From Candidatus Poribacteria bacterium (GTDB taxonomy: Bacteria > Poribacteria > WGA-4E > WGA-3G), in NCBI GenBank assembly GCA_965205025.1, contig CBDBFU010000015.1:352001-416000 (forward strand): 64,000 nucleotides of DNA, given 5' to 3'. Numbering within the stretch: the first letter of the stretch is position 1; each line of letters begins with the position of its first letter. The notes beneath the pieces are model-generated. The model was given only the letters and a program-made list of their open reading frames with translations. It was not told where the DNA came from and did not search any database. A program made the position numbers and the translations under genes. This document shows, one piece after another, positions 29,060 to 38,215 of the stretch.

Positions 29060-32040
29060 GCCTTACCTTCAATGATGCGAATAGGTTTGACACTACTCAT
29101 AAAGAATAGATCAACTGCCACAGGATGCGTTTTTTCATATAATCGCTCAAAAATGTCCCGACACGCGGACATTTTATCTACCTGAATCTCTTCAAGTGAC
29201 GGTAACTGTTCATCTAATAACGGTTGAAAAAAGTGTTTGTTCCCTTTATGAAGCTCGTCTGGCAGATAAGACTCATAAACCATGCCATCAATGATTCGAT
29301 CAAAATATCCAACCATCACACGATCACGGGCGTATTTTAAATCCTTACTGTTTACCGTCGGTTGTTTCTTAAGATAAAGGATATATTCAACAATTTTGTG
29401 TATGAGTGCTCTATGCTCCGATTCCATATCAGGTATCGGAATTTGCGAGACATACCGCGGCACGAATTTTAAAAACGGACCTCGAACCTGTGGAGTCGTC
29501 CGCGCGTAAAACCATGAAACCGCACTGGTGTTCAACACACCGAGAAGCCGCAGTTCCCTTGTAGGTAATAGAGAAACAGGACTGCCAACATAATAACCCT
29601 CATCATCAAAAGCAAACGCTGTTTCACTCGCCATATCTGCATAGATACACTTCGGTTGTGTAAACCGCGTCGTATCCGTTGGAGCCGTTTGGAGTTCATA
29701 CCACTCCTGCTTTCCTGATCTCTTTTCCAGCGCGTCCCGGGACTTTTCCAAGTGTTTCTTAATAGCTGGATAAGCGTTGATGTCTATTCCTCGGTGCGTC
29801 CAGATAAGCCACTTATCTTGTGCCTCTCTCCGTGACTCGTCTGTTGGTTTCACTCGCCAACGTTGAATGTCGCGCGCCATTAGAAACGGCTTTAAAATCT
29901 CTGCTGATGATGGGTGTTCGGCAATGAGGGCATCCCGTGTCTTAAGGTGGACAATAAACGCTTCGTTATATCCTGTAGTAATTCCACTCGACGGGTGTTT
30001 GTGAAGATATTCGCTTAAAGGTTTTCCAGCGTTCCGGAATTTCTCAAGTAGTTCCAACACTGCATAAGATTCTTGGGTTTTTCCCTCAGCAGTCAAGACT
30101 CTCTGTGTTGTGGTAAAACTGTTTACTGGATATTGCTTCAACATAGCGATGATGTCTTGCGGCAGTCTAACGCTATTTCTCCGCTCAAAAGTTGCAACGT
30201 CTCTATATAAGTTGTGGAACGCGGCGACGATATCAACTCCTTTGTCTCTGGCAGTGGTCAGGTCGACTTTTGCTTTATCCCATTCTTTCAGGTGTAACCG
30301 AGCGAGACCGCGATGGCAGTAGGACTGAGCATCATCAGGACTTAGTGTTATTGACCTGTCATAGTTTTCAATAGCTTTCTCAAGATCACCTTTGAGGAGG
30401 TAAGGATTGCCGCGGTTGAAATAGGCTCCGGCATGACATGGCTCAAGGTTTATTGCTGTGTTGAAGTCAGTAATAGCCTTGTTAAACTCAGCTCTTTTAC
30501 CATAAGCAACGCCTCGATTGACATAGGCATCAACAAAATCCGATTTAAATTTTATCGCCGTGTTAAAGTAAACAATAGCCTTGTCAAAATCGCCTTTGGC
30601 GTCATAGACATTGCCAAGATTGTTAAATGCCTCGGCAAACTCAGGGTTGAGTTCAATTGCTTTGTCAAAATCTTTAATAGCACGATCCAGTTCACCCTTT
30701 TCCTTGTAAGCAACCCCACGATTGTTATAGAAAGCAGCATGATTCTTTCGCGCGGGTCCAGGCAACCAGAGGATCCCTTCGTTCCATCGCGGTTTCTGGA
30801 CTATTCTAAGCTCGGTTACGGGATGTATTCTTTTTTTCATCTGACTTTCTGGATGTACAGAAAACTGAACAGATTCCACACGATCACAGGTTGGATGTGA
30901 CTTATCGGGATTTCCTGCTAAGGCAACCTCATAAGAGTATTGATTGGGCAAAAGTCCTGTAAAGAAATCAATCCGACAACCAATATCATCACCTTGGATA
31001 AAAAAATAGAAAAAGTGCAGATGCTCCATAGAATCGTAAACAATATCTGCAGGTTCAGAATTTCTACATTGAGCGACAAATTTGTTAGGAGTTCCGGTAT
31101 AGATAAAATCCCTGATTTCAGCAAATATAGGTTCATGTCCACTAAATTTAGGATAGTGGTACAAAAAACAATGAAACGCTGTTTTTGCTATTGCCCTAAG
31201 AAATTCAGGAATAGATGTTGAATCGGATACCGCTTGAATTGCCTGTGTAAACACTTCTGGATTCTGAAGTTTCTTTGCTGGTATATCATCTTTTGCTTCT
31301 CCTTTAAAAGTATCGCAAAAATCCTGTGCTTTGCCTTGATATTTATCTTCCTCAGGAAATAAAACCAGTAAGGTATATTGAGTAATAGGTATATCTTTGA
31401 TGAACTTAGATTTGAATTCATCTTTTTTGGAAAAGAAACGATTGGCTGATTTCGGTGGAAAAATATACGTATTTCCAAAAATGCAGTATACATCATCCTG
31501 TTCATTATAGTCTGTAATGAAATCCCAATCTAAACTAATGGCATTAAATTCCTCTCGATTTTTTACGATGATTTCCCTTACAGACTGTTTACTAGTGCAC
31601 AAAGTTAAAATTATTTGAGGCTGCAAAGCTCTTACCGTATATTCGGCGGTATTTTTTTCATTACTCTCTATAGTGAAATCATGCAGCAATATATGATCAT
31701 CGTAAACAGGATTTGACAAAAATAATCTCACTGGGTTGACTTCGACCTCTCTTTTATTGTAAACAGAAGAATGTAGCGTTTTATTTTTCTGTCCTAATCC
31801 CTCCTGAATCCGTTCCCAGATATATGCTAGGGGAGATTTTCTTGACAAAACCACATCAAGTTTTCCTAAATGACTATTACAATCTTTACACAAGTGTTTC
31901 CGAATTGCCCACTTGGTCACCCCTTTCTGTCGTAAAGAATCGGGAAAAGCATGTTCTTCATTTAAATCTTTTTCTTCCTTGCAGTAAATACATTTACCTT
32001 TTATCATTGTACTTCCTCCAATGTTTATGGGACGAAACAT
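29056..32040 (-). CDS. HNH endonuclease - TPR - TaqI-like C-terminal specificity domain chimera
   Basis: CIYC..EEHAFP..CKDCN; YNNRG/YVNRG/YFNRG TPRs; GITTGYNEAF, KPFLMARDIQRW, WYELQ, LLGVLNT, IPIP; no methyltransferase motifs seen. Confidence 0.8.
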   Translation of the reverse strand: MFRPINIGGSTMIKGKCIYCKEEKDLNEEHAFPDSLRQKGVTKWAIRKHLCKDCNSHLGKLDVVLSRKSPLAYIWERIQEGLGQKNKTLHSSVYNKREVEVNPVRLFLSNPVYDDHILLHDFTIESNEKNTAEYTVRALQPQIILTLCTSKQSVREIIVKNREEFNAISLDWDFITDYNEQDDVYCIFGNTYIFPPKSANRFFSKKDEFKSKFIKDIPITQYTLLVLFPEEDKYQGKAQDFCDTFKGEAKDDIPAKKLQNPEVFTQAIQAVSDSTSIPEFLRAIAKTAFHCFLYHYPKFSGHEPIFAEIRDFIYTGTPNKFVAQCRNSEPADIVYDSMEHLHFFYFFIQGDDIGCRIDFFTGLLPNQYSYEVALAGNPDKSHPTCDRVESVQFSVHPESQMKKRIHPVTELRIVQKPRWNEGILWLPGPARKNHAAFYNNRGVAYKEKGELDRAIKDFDKAIELNPEFAEAFNNLGNVYDAKGDFDKAIVYFNTAIKFKSDFVDAYVNRGVAYGKRAEFNKAITDFNTAINLEPCHAGAYFNRGNPYLLKGDLEKAIENYDRSITLSPDDAQSYCHRGLARLHLKEWDKAKVDLTTARDKGVDIVAAFHNLYRDVATFERRNSVRLPQDIIAMLKQYPVNSFTTTQRVLTAEGKTQESYAVLELLEKFRNAGKPLSEYLHKHPSSGITTGYNEAFIVHLKTRDALIAEHPSSAEILKPFLMARDIQRWRVKPTDESRREAQDKWLIWTHRGIDINAYPAIKKHLEKSRDALEKRSGKQEWYELQTAPTDTTRFTQPKCIYADMASETAFAFDDEGYYVGSPVSLLPTRELRLLGVLNTSAVSWFYARTTPQVRGPFLKFVPRYVSQIPIPDMESEHRALIHKIVEYILYLKKQPTVNSKDLKYARDRVMVGYFDRIIDGMVYESYLPDELHKGNKHFFQPLLDEQLPSLEEIQVDKMSACRDIFERLYEKTHPVAVDLFFMSSVKPIRIIEGKA

Positions 32041-32122
32041 TATCCCATAGCACTATACCCAATAAGATTTTCAATATAATGTTTCCGAGCAACCCGTTCC
32101 CGATTTCATAACAGGTAAAGAC

Positions 32123-35101
32123 TTAACGCTTTACATCTTTCACACAACGGAAACCGAAGTCGCCATTTGAAGAAGTAGGGTAAGCATTGTCACGATCAGA
32201 AACTTCCACATCCCGAGCAAACCTAATCCAAGAACCACCGCGCAACACACGTGATGAATCAATACTCAAAAAATCATTGATAATATTTGTGACATTATCC
32301 GCACCAGCAATCGGATTACGACGTGGTGAAGTTTGGTAAAATTCATAATCATGCTTATCAAGACACCACTCCCAAACATTACCCGCCATGTCGTATAAAC
32401 CAAAACTATTAGGTGGATAACTACCAACAGGAGTTGTATCACCAATATTCCTACCGTGGTTTGCCTTATTGAAATCAATTGAATTGCCCCATGGATATTT
32501 CTGACCAGCTAAGCCTCCACGCGCAGCTTTTTCCCATTCTGCCTCGGTGGGTAAACGTTTTCCAGCCCATTGTGCATAAGCCATTGCCCCATACCAACTT
32601 ACATTGGCAACTGGATGATTCTCTTTACCAATTGGGTAATTGTTCCCATTCCAATTTTTCAGGTAGTTCCCATCGTGATATTTTTCAGGGATTCGACCCT
32701 TTTTCCACTCCGGATTGGCATCTATAAATTCCTTATATTGTGCATTGGTTACCTCGTATTGATCCATATAGAACGTATCAACATAAACAGTATGTACTGG
32801 TTTCTCGTCGTCATACGCATCACTGGCATTGCTTCCTATTTGAAACTCGCCTGCGGGAATCAAAACCATGTTGGGATCGGATGAACTTAAAATGATCTTA
32901 GTTCTATTAGGAACAACCTCTTGATAAGGAGTTAAGACTATATTGGACTCAGATGGACTTAAAGGAGTTTCTATCTTTTGAAGTGTGCCCTGCCCCATTC
33001 TAAAATGTCTCTTTACCGTCTTTCCGGGTTTATTACCGAATGCCCGCGTAATATAGGTAATAGACACAGTGTCTCCGTGAGAGAAAGGCAAAGTAACTTC
33101 TTTGATTTGCACTCGATCTCCTAAAACAACATCATCAACAGTTTTGAGCGTTTTTTTATCCACCACGTTGAGAAAATAAAAAACGCCTACCCCTCCACCG
33201 CCATCAGCTAACGGCACAAATACGTATCGTTTTCCCTCAACAGCATGTTCATGTAGAAGCATGTAATATGCAGGTCCTCTCCATCCAGCTTCACCGTATA
33301 CAGTCCGATATGTGCTATTAAAAACTACTTCTTCGTTTGAATCACCGCTTAAATCCGTAACAATGAAAGTGAATTTTGTTAATGCTTCTTTCAAAGGCAG
33401 ATCCAATTTAACAAAACCTTCTGTAGATTCTTCTTTTGAAACTTTTGAAACCGTTGACTGCTGGAGTGGTGGATGCCTCTGTTTATCAAAAGGTAGTACC
33501 GAGAACACTACCTTAAACTGCGATTCCCACGCATCCCGTTTAACAGCTCCTTTTTCAACTCCAAGTACCAACAAACCTGCATTCTGCAGCGTACTATTCT
33601 CACGAATCTTTTTCAGAAAATCATCGGTTTCTAAGCCTACCTCTGCTGCAGCGTGGGCGGCATCAAGAGGGCCTTCAAACTGCTTGACAAGCTGCTGTAT
33701 CGGTTCGCTTCCGCCAAATACACCGCCGGACTCTTTAAGCGCGCGTCTGTAACGTTCGGTATCCTCACGAATCAATTCATCCATCGTTGATTTTTCAGCA
33801 TAGAGGCGTAACCCTTGTGCTATATCGTAGATCGGATTCTGACTCTGTTCAATCACCGAACGTACTTGATCATCAAACGTTTTCATTCCTTCCGTATGGC
33901 AGCCCATGCACGATAGTCCATTACGGACAACAGGATCTCTGGCACCAGTGTCTGACACAATGTTAATCGGTGCTTCGTCAAGCCGCTCACCTGTAGCAGT
34001 GGAGAGATAGTACGCCTGTAACCCATTTGGTAGATTGAAGATAATTTCACCACCGTCATGCGTAAAATCAAGCGGATGAGTGAAGATATTCTGTGTGCCA
34101 ACATTCCCTGCAAAGTCATAAGATTTCCAATATGCACCATAACGAGATTTGTGGCGTTCCACAATGCGATTGTTGACTGAAACTCCAGAATTGTTAAAAC
34201 CAGCACGCCAGACGCGAACACCCGGGGCATTTTTTAAGTTTTCAGCGACGTTCACCTCAAGTTGGGCCTCTAATTCTCGGTCTGTTTTCGGTAGGTCAAG
34301 GATATCATGGTAAAGCGGTGGTAGTGAGGCAGTAGCAATAAACCAGTCGGCACGGATAAATGGCAATTCGCAATCCGTTTCGTTACATAACGTTGCATAC
34401 ATAGCCAACTTTAACTCAATACCGTAAGGATACGCTTGCTCAATTTTGTACCACTTATCACTTTTGATGTCCCATTCATAGTTCCGGAGGTCTATGTAGA
34501 AGATGGTCTCCTCTCGGTCAATCGGTTTCGGTTTAATGACTTCGGCACCCCAAGAGAGACTGTTTATGAGTTTCGATAAAGCAATCCGATATGCGCGGAG
34601 ATTGTCATCAGTTGCACCTGCATTGTAGAGATGCGTCAAGGTAAAATAACGTGCAAAGGAACGGTCAAAGTCGGTAAGGGATGTCACATGGGTGTGGATG
34701 GACTTGAGCATCGCCTCAGTGGTTATGAAGTCGCGTTTAGGTTTTGGGATTGCATTCCAATCTGGCGCGCCTGCCTCTATCCAACGGCGAACAGTGGCGA
34801 TTGAATCAGCGTCTAACGGGTCTTGTCCTAAAGGCATCTGTGAACCTATGTCCGTATCCCCGAGCAAGCGTAAATAGAATTCTGAGGTATCGGGTTGACG
34901 TGGAATAACTGAACGATCTTCAATTAAATTTGTATGCTTTATCGTGAGGACATCTGCATACGATCCGAATTCCCCGTGGCAATCAAGGCAATGTTGTTCA
35001 AAGATAGCCTGTGCTTGTTGAGCGAGATTCTGTTGGGCATGTGCGACTTGATAGTTGAAGAGAAGTATCAGTAGGCAAAAAATCACGTAGCAGTTTTTCA
35101 T
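32123..35101 (-). CDS. Secreted planctomycete-type cytochrome c protein with C-terminal FGE-sulfatase (SUMF1-like) domain
   Basis: CLDCH and CMGCH; RLPTEAEWEKAARGG, GLYDMAGNVWEW, RGGSW, GFRC. Confidence 0.85.
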   Translation of the reverse strand: MKNCYVIFCLLILLFNYQVAHAQQNLAQQAQAIFEQHCLDCHGEFGSYADVLTIKHTNLIEDRSVIPRQPDTSEFYLRLLGDTDIGSQMPLGQDPLDADSIATVRRWIEAGAPDWNAIPKPKRDFITTEAMLKSIHTHVTSLTDFDRSFARYFTLTHLYNAGATDDNLRAYRIALSKLINSLSWGAEVIKPKPIDREETIFYIDLRNYEWDIKSDKWYKIEQAYPYGIELKLAMYATLCNETDCELPFIRADWFIATASLPPLYHDILDLPKTDRELEAQLEVNVAENLKNAPGVRVWRAGFNNSGVSVNNRIVERHKSRYGAYWKSYDFAGNVGTQNIFTHPLDFTHDGGEIIFNLPNGLQAYYLSTATGERLDEAPINIVSDTGARDPVVRNGLSCMGCHTEGMKTFDDQVRSVIEQSQNPIYDIAQGLRLYAEKSTMDELIREDTERYRRALKESGGVFGGSEPIQQLVKQFEGPLDAAHAAAEVGLETDDFLKKIRENSTLQNAGLLVLGVEKGAVKRDAWESQFKVVFSVLPFDKQRHPPLQQSTVSKVSKEESTEGFVKLDLPLKEALTKFTFIVTDLSGDSNEEVVFNSTYRTVYGEAGWRGPAYYMLLHEHAVEGKRYVFVPLADGGGGVGVFYFLNVVDKKTLKTVDDVVLGDRVQIKEVTLPFSHGDTVSITYITRAFGNKPGKTVKRHFRMGQGTLQKIETPLSPSESNIVLTPYQEVVPNRTKIILSSSDPNMVLIPAGEFQIGSNASDAYDDEKPVHTVYVDTFYMDQYEVTNAQYKEFIDANPEWKKGRIPEKYHDGNYLKNWNGNNYPIGKENHPVANVSWYGAMAYAQWAGKRLPTEAEWEKAARGGLAGQKYPWGNSIDFNKANHGRNIGDTTPVGSYPPNSFGLYDMAGNVWEWCLDKHDYEFYQTSPRRNPIAGADNVTNIINDFLSIDSSRVLRGGSWIRFARDVEVSDRDNAYPTSSNGDFGFRCVKDVKR

Positions 35102-35152
35102 ATCTTATCTCCAATCGTCTGTCCGATAAGCAGCACGTCCTTGTGTTCTGAG

Positions 35153-35200
35153 TTAGCAGGAGTACAGAAACAAAACGTGGGTATCTAATAACAGATTCAT
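35153..35200 (-). pseudogene. 5' stub of VapC/PIN toxin
   Basis: ATGA overlap with the antitoxin stop; MNLLLDTHVLFLYSC*. Confidence 0.7.
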
Positions 35201-35439
35201 TCATCTTTCCCACGAAAGGCAGCCATAAACGATTCCGGCAATTCATCAAAATCTTCGGCCATTTTCACTTTTCCCTTCCACTGTCCACCACGGCGAGGTT
35301 TCTTGCTGTCCTGCTCTAAAGGGACCAGTTTGGCAACGGAGGTGCCGTTACTATCAAATATAATCTCTTCTCCCGCGATAGCCCGTTTAACTAACTGTGT
35401 TAAATAATCTTCTGTCTGTTCCTGTATATTAATATGCAT
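35197..35439 (-). CDS. Phd/YefM-type antitoxin
   Basis: LTQLVKRAIAGEEIIF...VAKLVP...GQWKGKVKMAEDFDELP. Confidence 0.85.
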   Translation of the reverse strand: MHINIQEQTEDYLTQLVKRAIAGEEIIFDSNGTSVAKLVPLEQDSKKPRRGGQWKGKVKMAEDFDELPESFMAAFRGKDE

Positions 35440-35529
35440 TTGTCTTACCTCACAAGGACAATTAGTCCAGACTTTTTGTCCATCTGTATAATTATTGTAC
35501 TACATGCACCTCAGGAATACAACACGTTG

Positions 35530-36333
35530 TTAATTCCAACCTGCTAATTGTAGGTAGCTATCCCAAAGCTGATCACCCCACAGAAGCACAACCACAGCAG
35601 CACCAGCAAGGAAAGGTCCAAAAGGAATTGGACTTTCACGATCCCTTTTCCAGATGACGATCAGTAAAGTGCCAATAATTGCCCCAGTTAAAGCAGATAT
35701 CCCTATTACCAAAACTAATTCTTTCCAAGCACCGAGAAACAGTCCAATAATAGCCATCAACTTAACATCCCCGCCACCCATGGCTGTTTTTCGCATTATT
35801 GCACTTCCAATGAATGCTATTAGCCATAATGCTAAACCACCTGCGAGAAAACCGATCAGTCTGATCCAGAGAAAATCTATGCTACCACGTTGGTATGCAA
35901 TTAAACCTACAATTCCTAAACCAAGAATAAAACCTGTAAGACTAATAACATTCGGAATAATATAGTGGCGAACATCAATAACAAAGATTGGAATTAGTAT
36001 AGCAACAAAAATAACAGCAAGAACAAATTCAAGCGTTTTTCCAAAACGTAAATACATTACGAGAAATAGCACTGCTGTTGCCAGCTCAACTGTTGGATAT
36101 ATGATGGAGATTTTGGCTTTACAATGGCGACACTTCCCACCTAAAAGCAGATAGCTTAATAGTGGGATATTGTCGTACGCCTTTATGGTTTGATTACATT
36201 CTGGACAAAAAGACCTTCGGGGTGAATAAATTGATTTGTCTGGAAGCGGAATACGGTAGATACAAACATTGAGAAAACTACCAATTGCTAAACCTAAGAT
36301 AAAGAGGGTAATATGTATCCAGATATCATCCAC
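35530..36333 (-). CDS. pilD: Prepilin peptidase (A24)
   Basis: GSFLNVCIYRIP, CPEC/CRHC, GGGDVKL, IPFGPFL. Confidence 0.95.
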   Translation of the reverse strand: MDDIWIHITLFILGLAIGSFLNVCIYRIPLPDKSIYSPRRSFCPECNQTIKAYDNIPLLSYLLLGGKCRHCKAKISIIYPTVELATAVLFLVMYLRFGKTLEFVLAVIFVAILIPIFVIDVRHYIIPNVISLTGFILGLGIVGLIAYQRGSIDFLWIRLIGFLAGGLALWLIAFIGSAIMRKTAMGGGDVKLMAIIGLFLGAWKELVLVIGISALTGAIIGTLLIVIWKRDRESPIPFGPFLAGAAVVVLLWGDQLWDSYLQLAGWN

Positions 36334-36336
36334 AGT

Positions 36337-36774
36337 TTACCACCAGTATTTTTCACCTTGTACAGCATCGGTGTGGTAAACCTTGCTGATTTCAGCAATA
36401 CCACCTAATTTATATTTCGTTGGAACTTTAGGATGATCTTTAGCAATACCGACTTTATACGAATCTTGAATAAGGACATAATTCCCACCCCAAGGTGTTT
36501 CAGGTACGGATTCGAGATAGTTGCCACGCCATCCGTCTATACTGGGATCAGTAACAAGTTGATTCAAATCAGTTGGATAGGTTAGGGTATGTCGGAAGTA
36601 TTTTTTTATTGCTGTTGCAATGGTTTCAACATCTATATCTGCTTGGGTAGCTTTTCGGTATTCAGACCAAGGCGGGTAAGAAAGCACCCCAATTATAATT
36701 ACGAGAACAACAAGAATAAGTAACTGAAGGCGGGTCATACCGCTGTTATTGTTCATATATGTGACTTTTAGCAT
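36337..36774 (-). CDS. GspG-like pseudopilin
   Basis: G|MTRLQLL hydrophobic N-terminus; YPTDLNQLV..GWRGNYL..PETPWG. Confidence 0.75.
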   Translation of the reverse strand: MLKVTYMNNNSGMTRLQLLILVVLVIIIGVLSYPPWSEYRKATQADIDVETIATAIKKYFRHTLTYPTDLNQLVTDPSIDGWRGNYLESVPETPWGGNYVLIQDSYKVGIAKDHPKVPTKYKLGGIAEISKVYHTDAVQGEKYWW

Positions 36775-36785
36775 TCTCCGAATAA

Positions 36786-38168
36786 CTAACTTTGTGAATC
36801 AGGTCGAACGATATTATATTTACTCATCTTTTTATATAGATTACTTCGTTCAACTTCCAAGATTTCAGATGTTTTTCGAATGTTCCAATCATTTTCTTTT
36901 AGTGCTGAGAGAATATATTCCGCCTCAGCTGAATCAACCATCGTACTGAGTGGCGTATTCGATTGATAAGTTGCTGAAGTGCCGCGTATATCAGTATTGT
37001 CATTTTCACGGGGTATGACTCCATCAACATCGTTAGGGAGTATTACTTCTCTATTTACCATAATCAGCAGCCGTTCGACGATATTCTTAAGTTCTCTTAT
37101 ATTACCTGGCCAACTATAAGACTGAAAGACGGAGTATGCCTCGGAATCGAATGCTTTTGGGGCAGACCCCATGTTCAGCTGCAACCTATCTGTAAAGTAT
37201 TTAACGAGCAATGGAATATCATCAGAACGTTCTCTAAGTGATGGTACATTTATGGGGACAATCTTTAGGCGGTAATATAGATCTGTTCTAAACTCACCGC
37301 GTTCAATTTCAGTGGTTAGGTCTTTATTAGTTGCAGCGATAATTCTAACATCAACATTTCGTATTTGATGGCTGCCAAGTCTTTCAACTTCTCCATATTC
37401 AAGTACACGTAGCACCTTTGCTTGTGCCTTTATGCTCATGTCACCTATTTCATCAAGAAAAAGTGTTCCCCCATCGGCAAGTTCAAATCGTCCTTTACGC
37501 ATAGAATCCGCACCAGTAAAGGCACCGCGTTCATGACCGAAGAGTTCACTTTCAACAAGTTCTTCAGGTAATGCAGCGCAATTTAATGGGATAAAAGGCT
37601 TATCGGATCGTTTGCTATGTTTATGAATTGCATTGGCAACGAGTTGTTTACCAGTACCGTTTTCACCAGTAATTAGTACTCCAAGGTCACTTGTAGCGAC
37701 TTGATTGATTTCAGAACGTAGTTTTATTATAGCGGGAGTTTCACCTACCATTTCATCGTCATCGACAATCTGTGTCTTGAGTATCTCGTTCTCTTTTGTT
37801 AGGCGAGAGATCTCCAATAAAGGCTCAATATTGGATAGTATTTTTTCCATACCTATCGGTTTCGTAATATATCGTTTTGCCCCAAGTTCCATAGTTTTTA
37901 CGGCAATTTCAATATCTTGTTGTGCAGACATCATTACGACATTGAGTTCTGGAAGCTGTTCAAGTAGTTTTATCAAGGTTTGAACACCATCTATACCGTT
38001 TTCCATCATAATATCCAACAATACGAGATCGATATCCTGAGTGGAACAGATTTTGATTGCCTCTTCACCACTTGAAGCGGTTATATTATTGTAACCTTTT
38101 AGAGTCAATCCTTGAGAAAGCATCTTTTGTATATTCTTTTCGTCGTCTACAATGAGAATAGTATTCAT
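36786..38168 (-). CDS. Sigma54-type response regulator (NtrX/NtrC-like)
   Basis: REC domain; GENGTGK, ELFGHERGAFTGA, FLDEIG, WPGNIREL; Fis-type HTH. Confidence 0.93.
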   Translation of the reverse strand: MNTILIVDDEKNIQKMLSQGLTLKGYNNITASSGEEAIKICSTQDIDLVLLDIMMENGIDGVQTLIKLLEQLPELNVVMMSAQQDIEIAVKTMELGAKRYITKPIGMEKILSNIEPLLEISRLTKENEILKTQIVDDDEMVGETPAIIKLRSEINQVATSDLGVLITGENGTGKQLVANAIHKHSKRSDKPFIPLNCAALPEELVESELFGHERGAFTGADSMRKGRFELADGGTLFLDEIGDMSIKAQAKVLRVLEYGEVERLGSHQIRNVDVRIIAATNKDLTTEIERGEFRTDLYYRLKIVPINVPSLRERSDDIPLLVKYFTDRLQLNMGSAPKAFDSEAYSVFQSYSWPGNIRELKNIVERLLIMVNREVILPNDVDGVIPRENDNTDIRGTSATYQSNTPLSTMVDSAEAEYILSALKENDWNIRKTSEILEVERSNLYKKMSKYNIVRPDSQS

Positions 38169-38215
38169 GTTTATTCGCCTTTAATTGAACAAGTTCAAAT
38201 TTAGGTTATATATTA

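Noticed and set aside
32123-32900. Active formylglycine-generating enzyme for the sulfatase, or a DGR target
   Set aside because: Catalytic Cys pair absent; no reverse transcriptase or template repeat seen in the window.
36786-38168. Local sigma54 promoter for the regulator
   Set aside because: No convincing TGGCAC-N5-TTGC found by eye in the intergenic regions checked.
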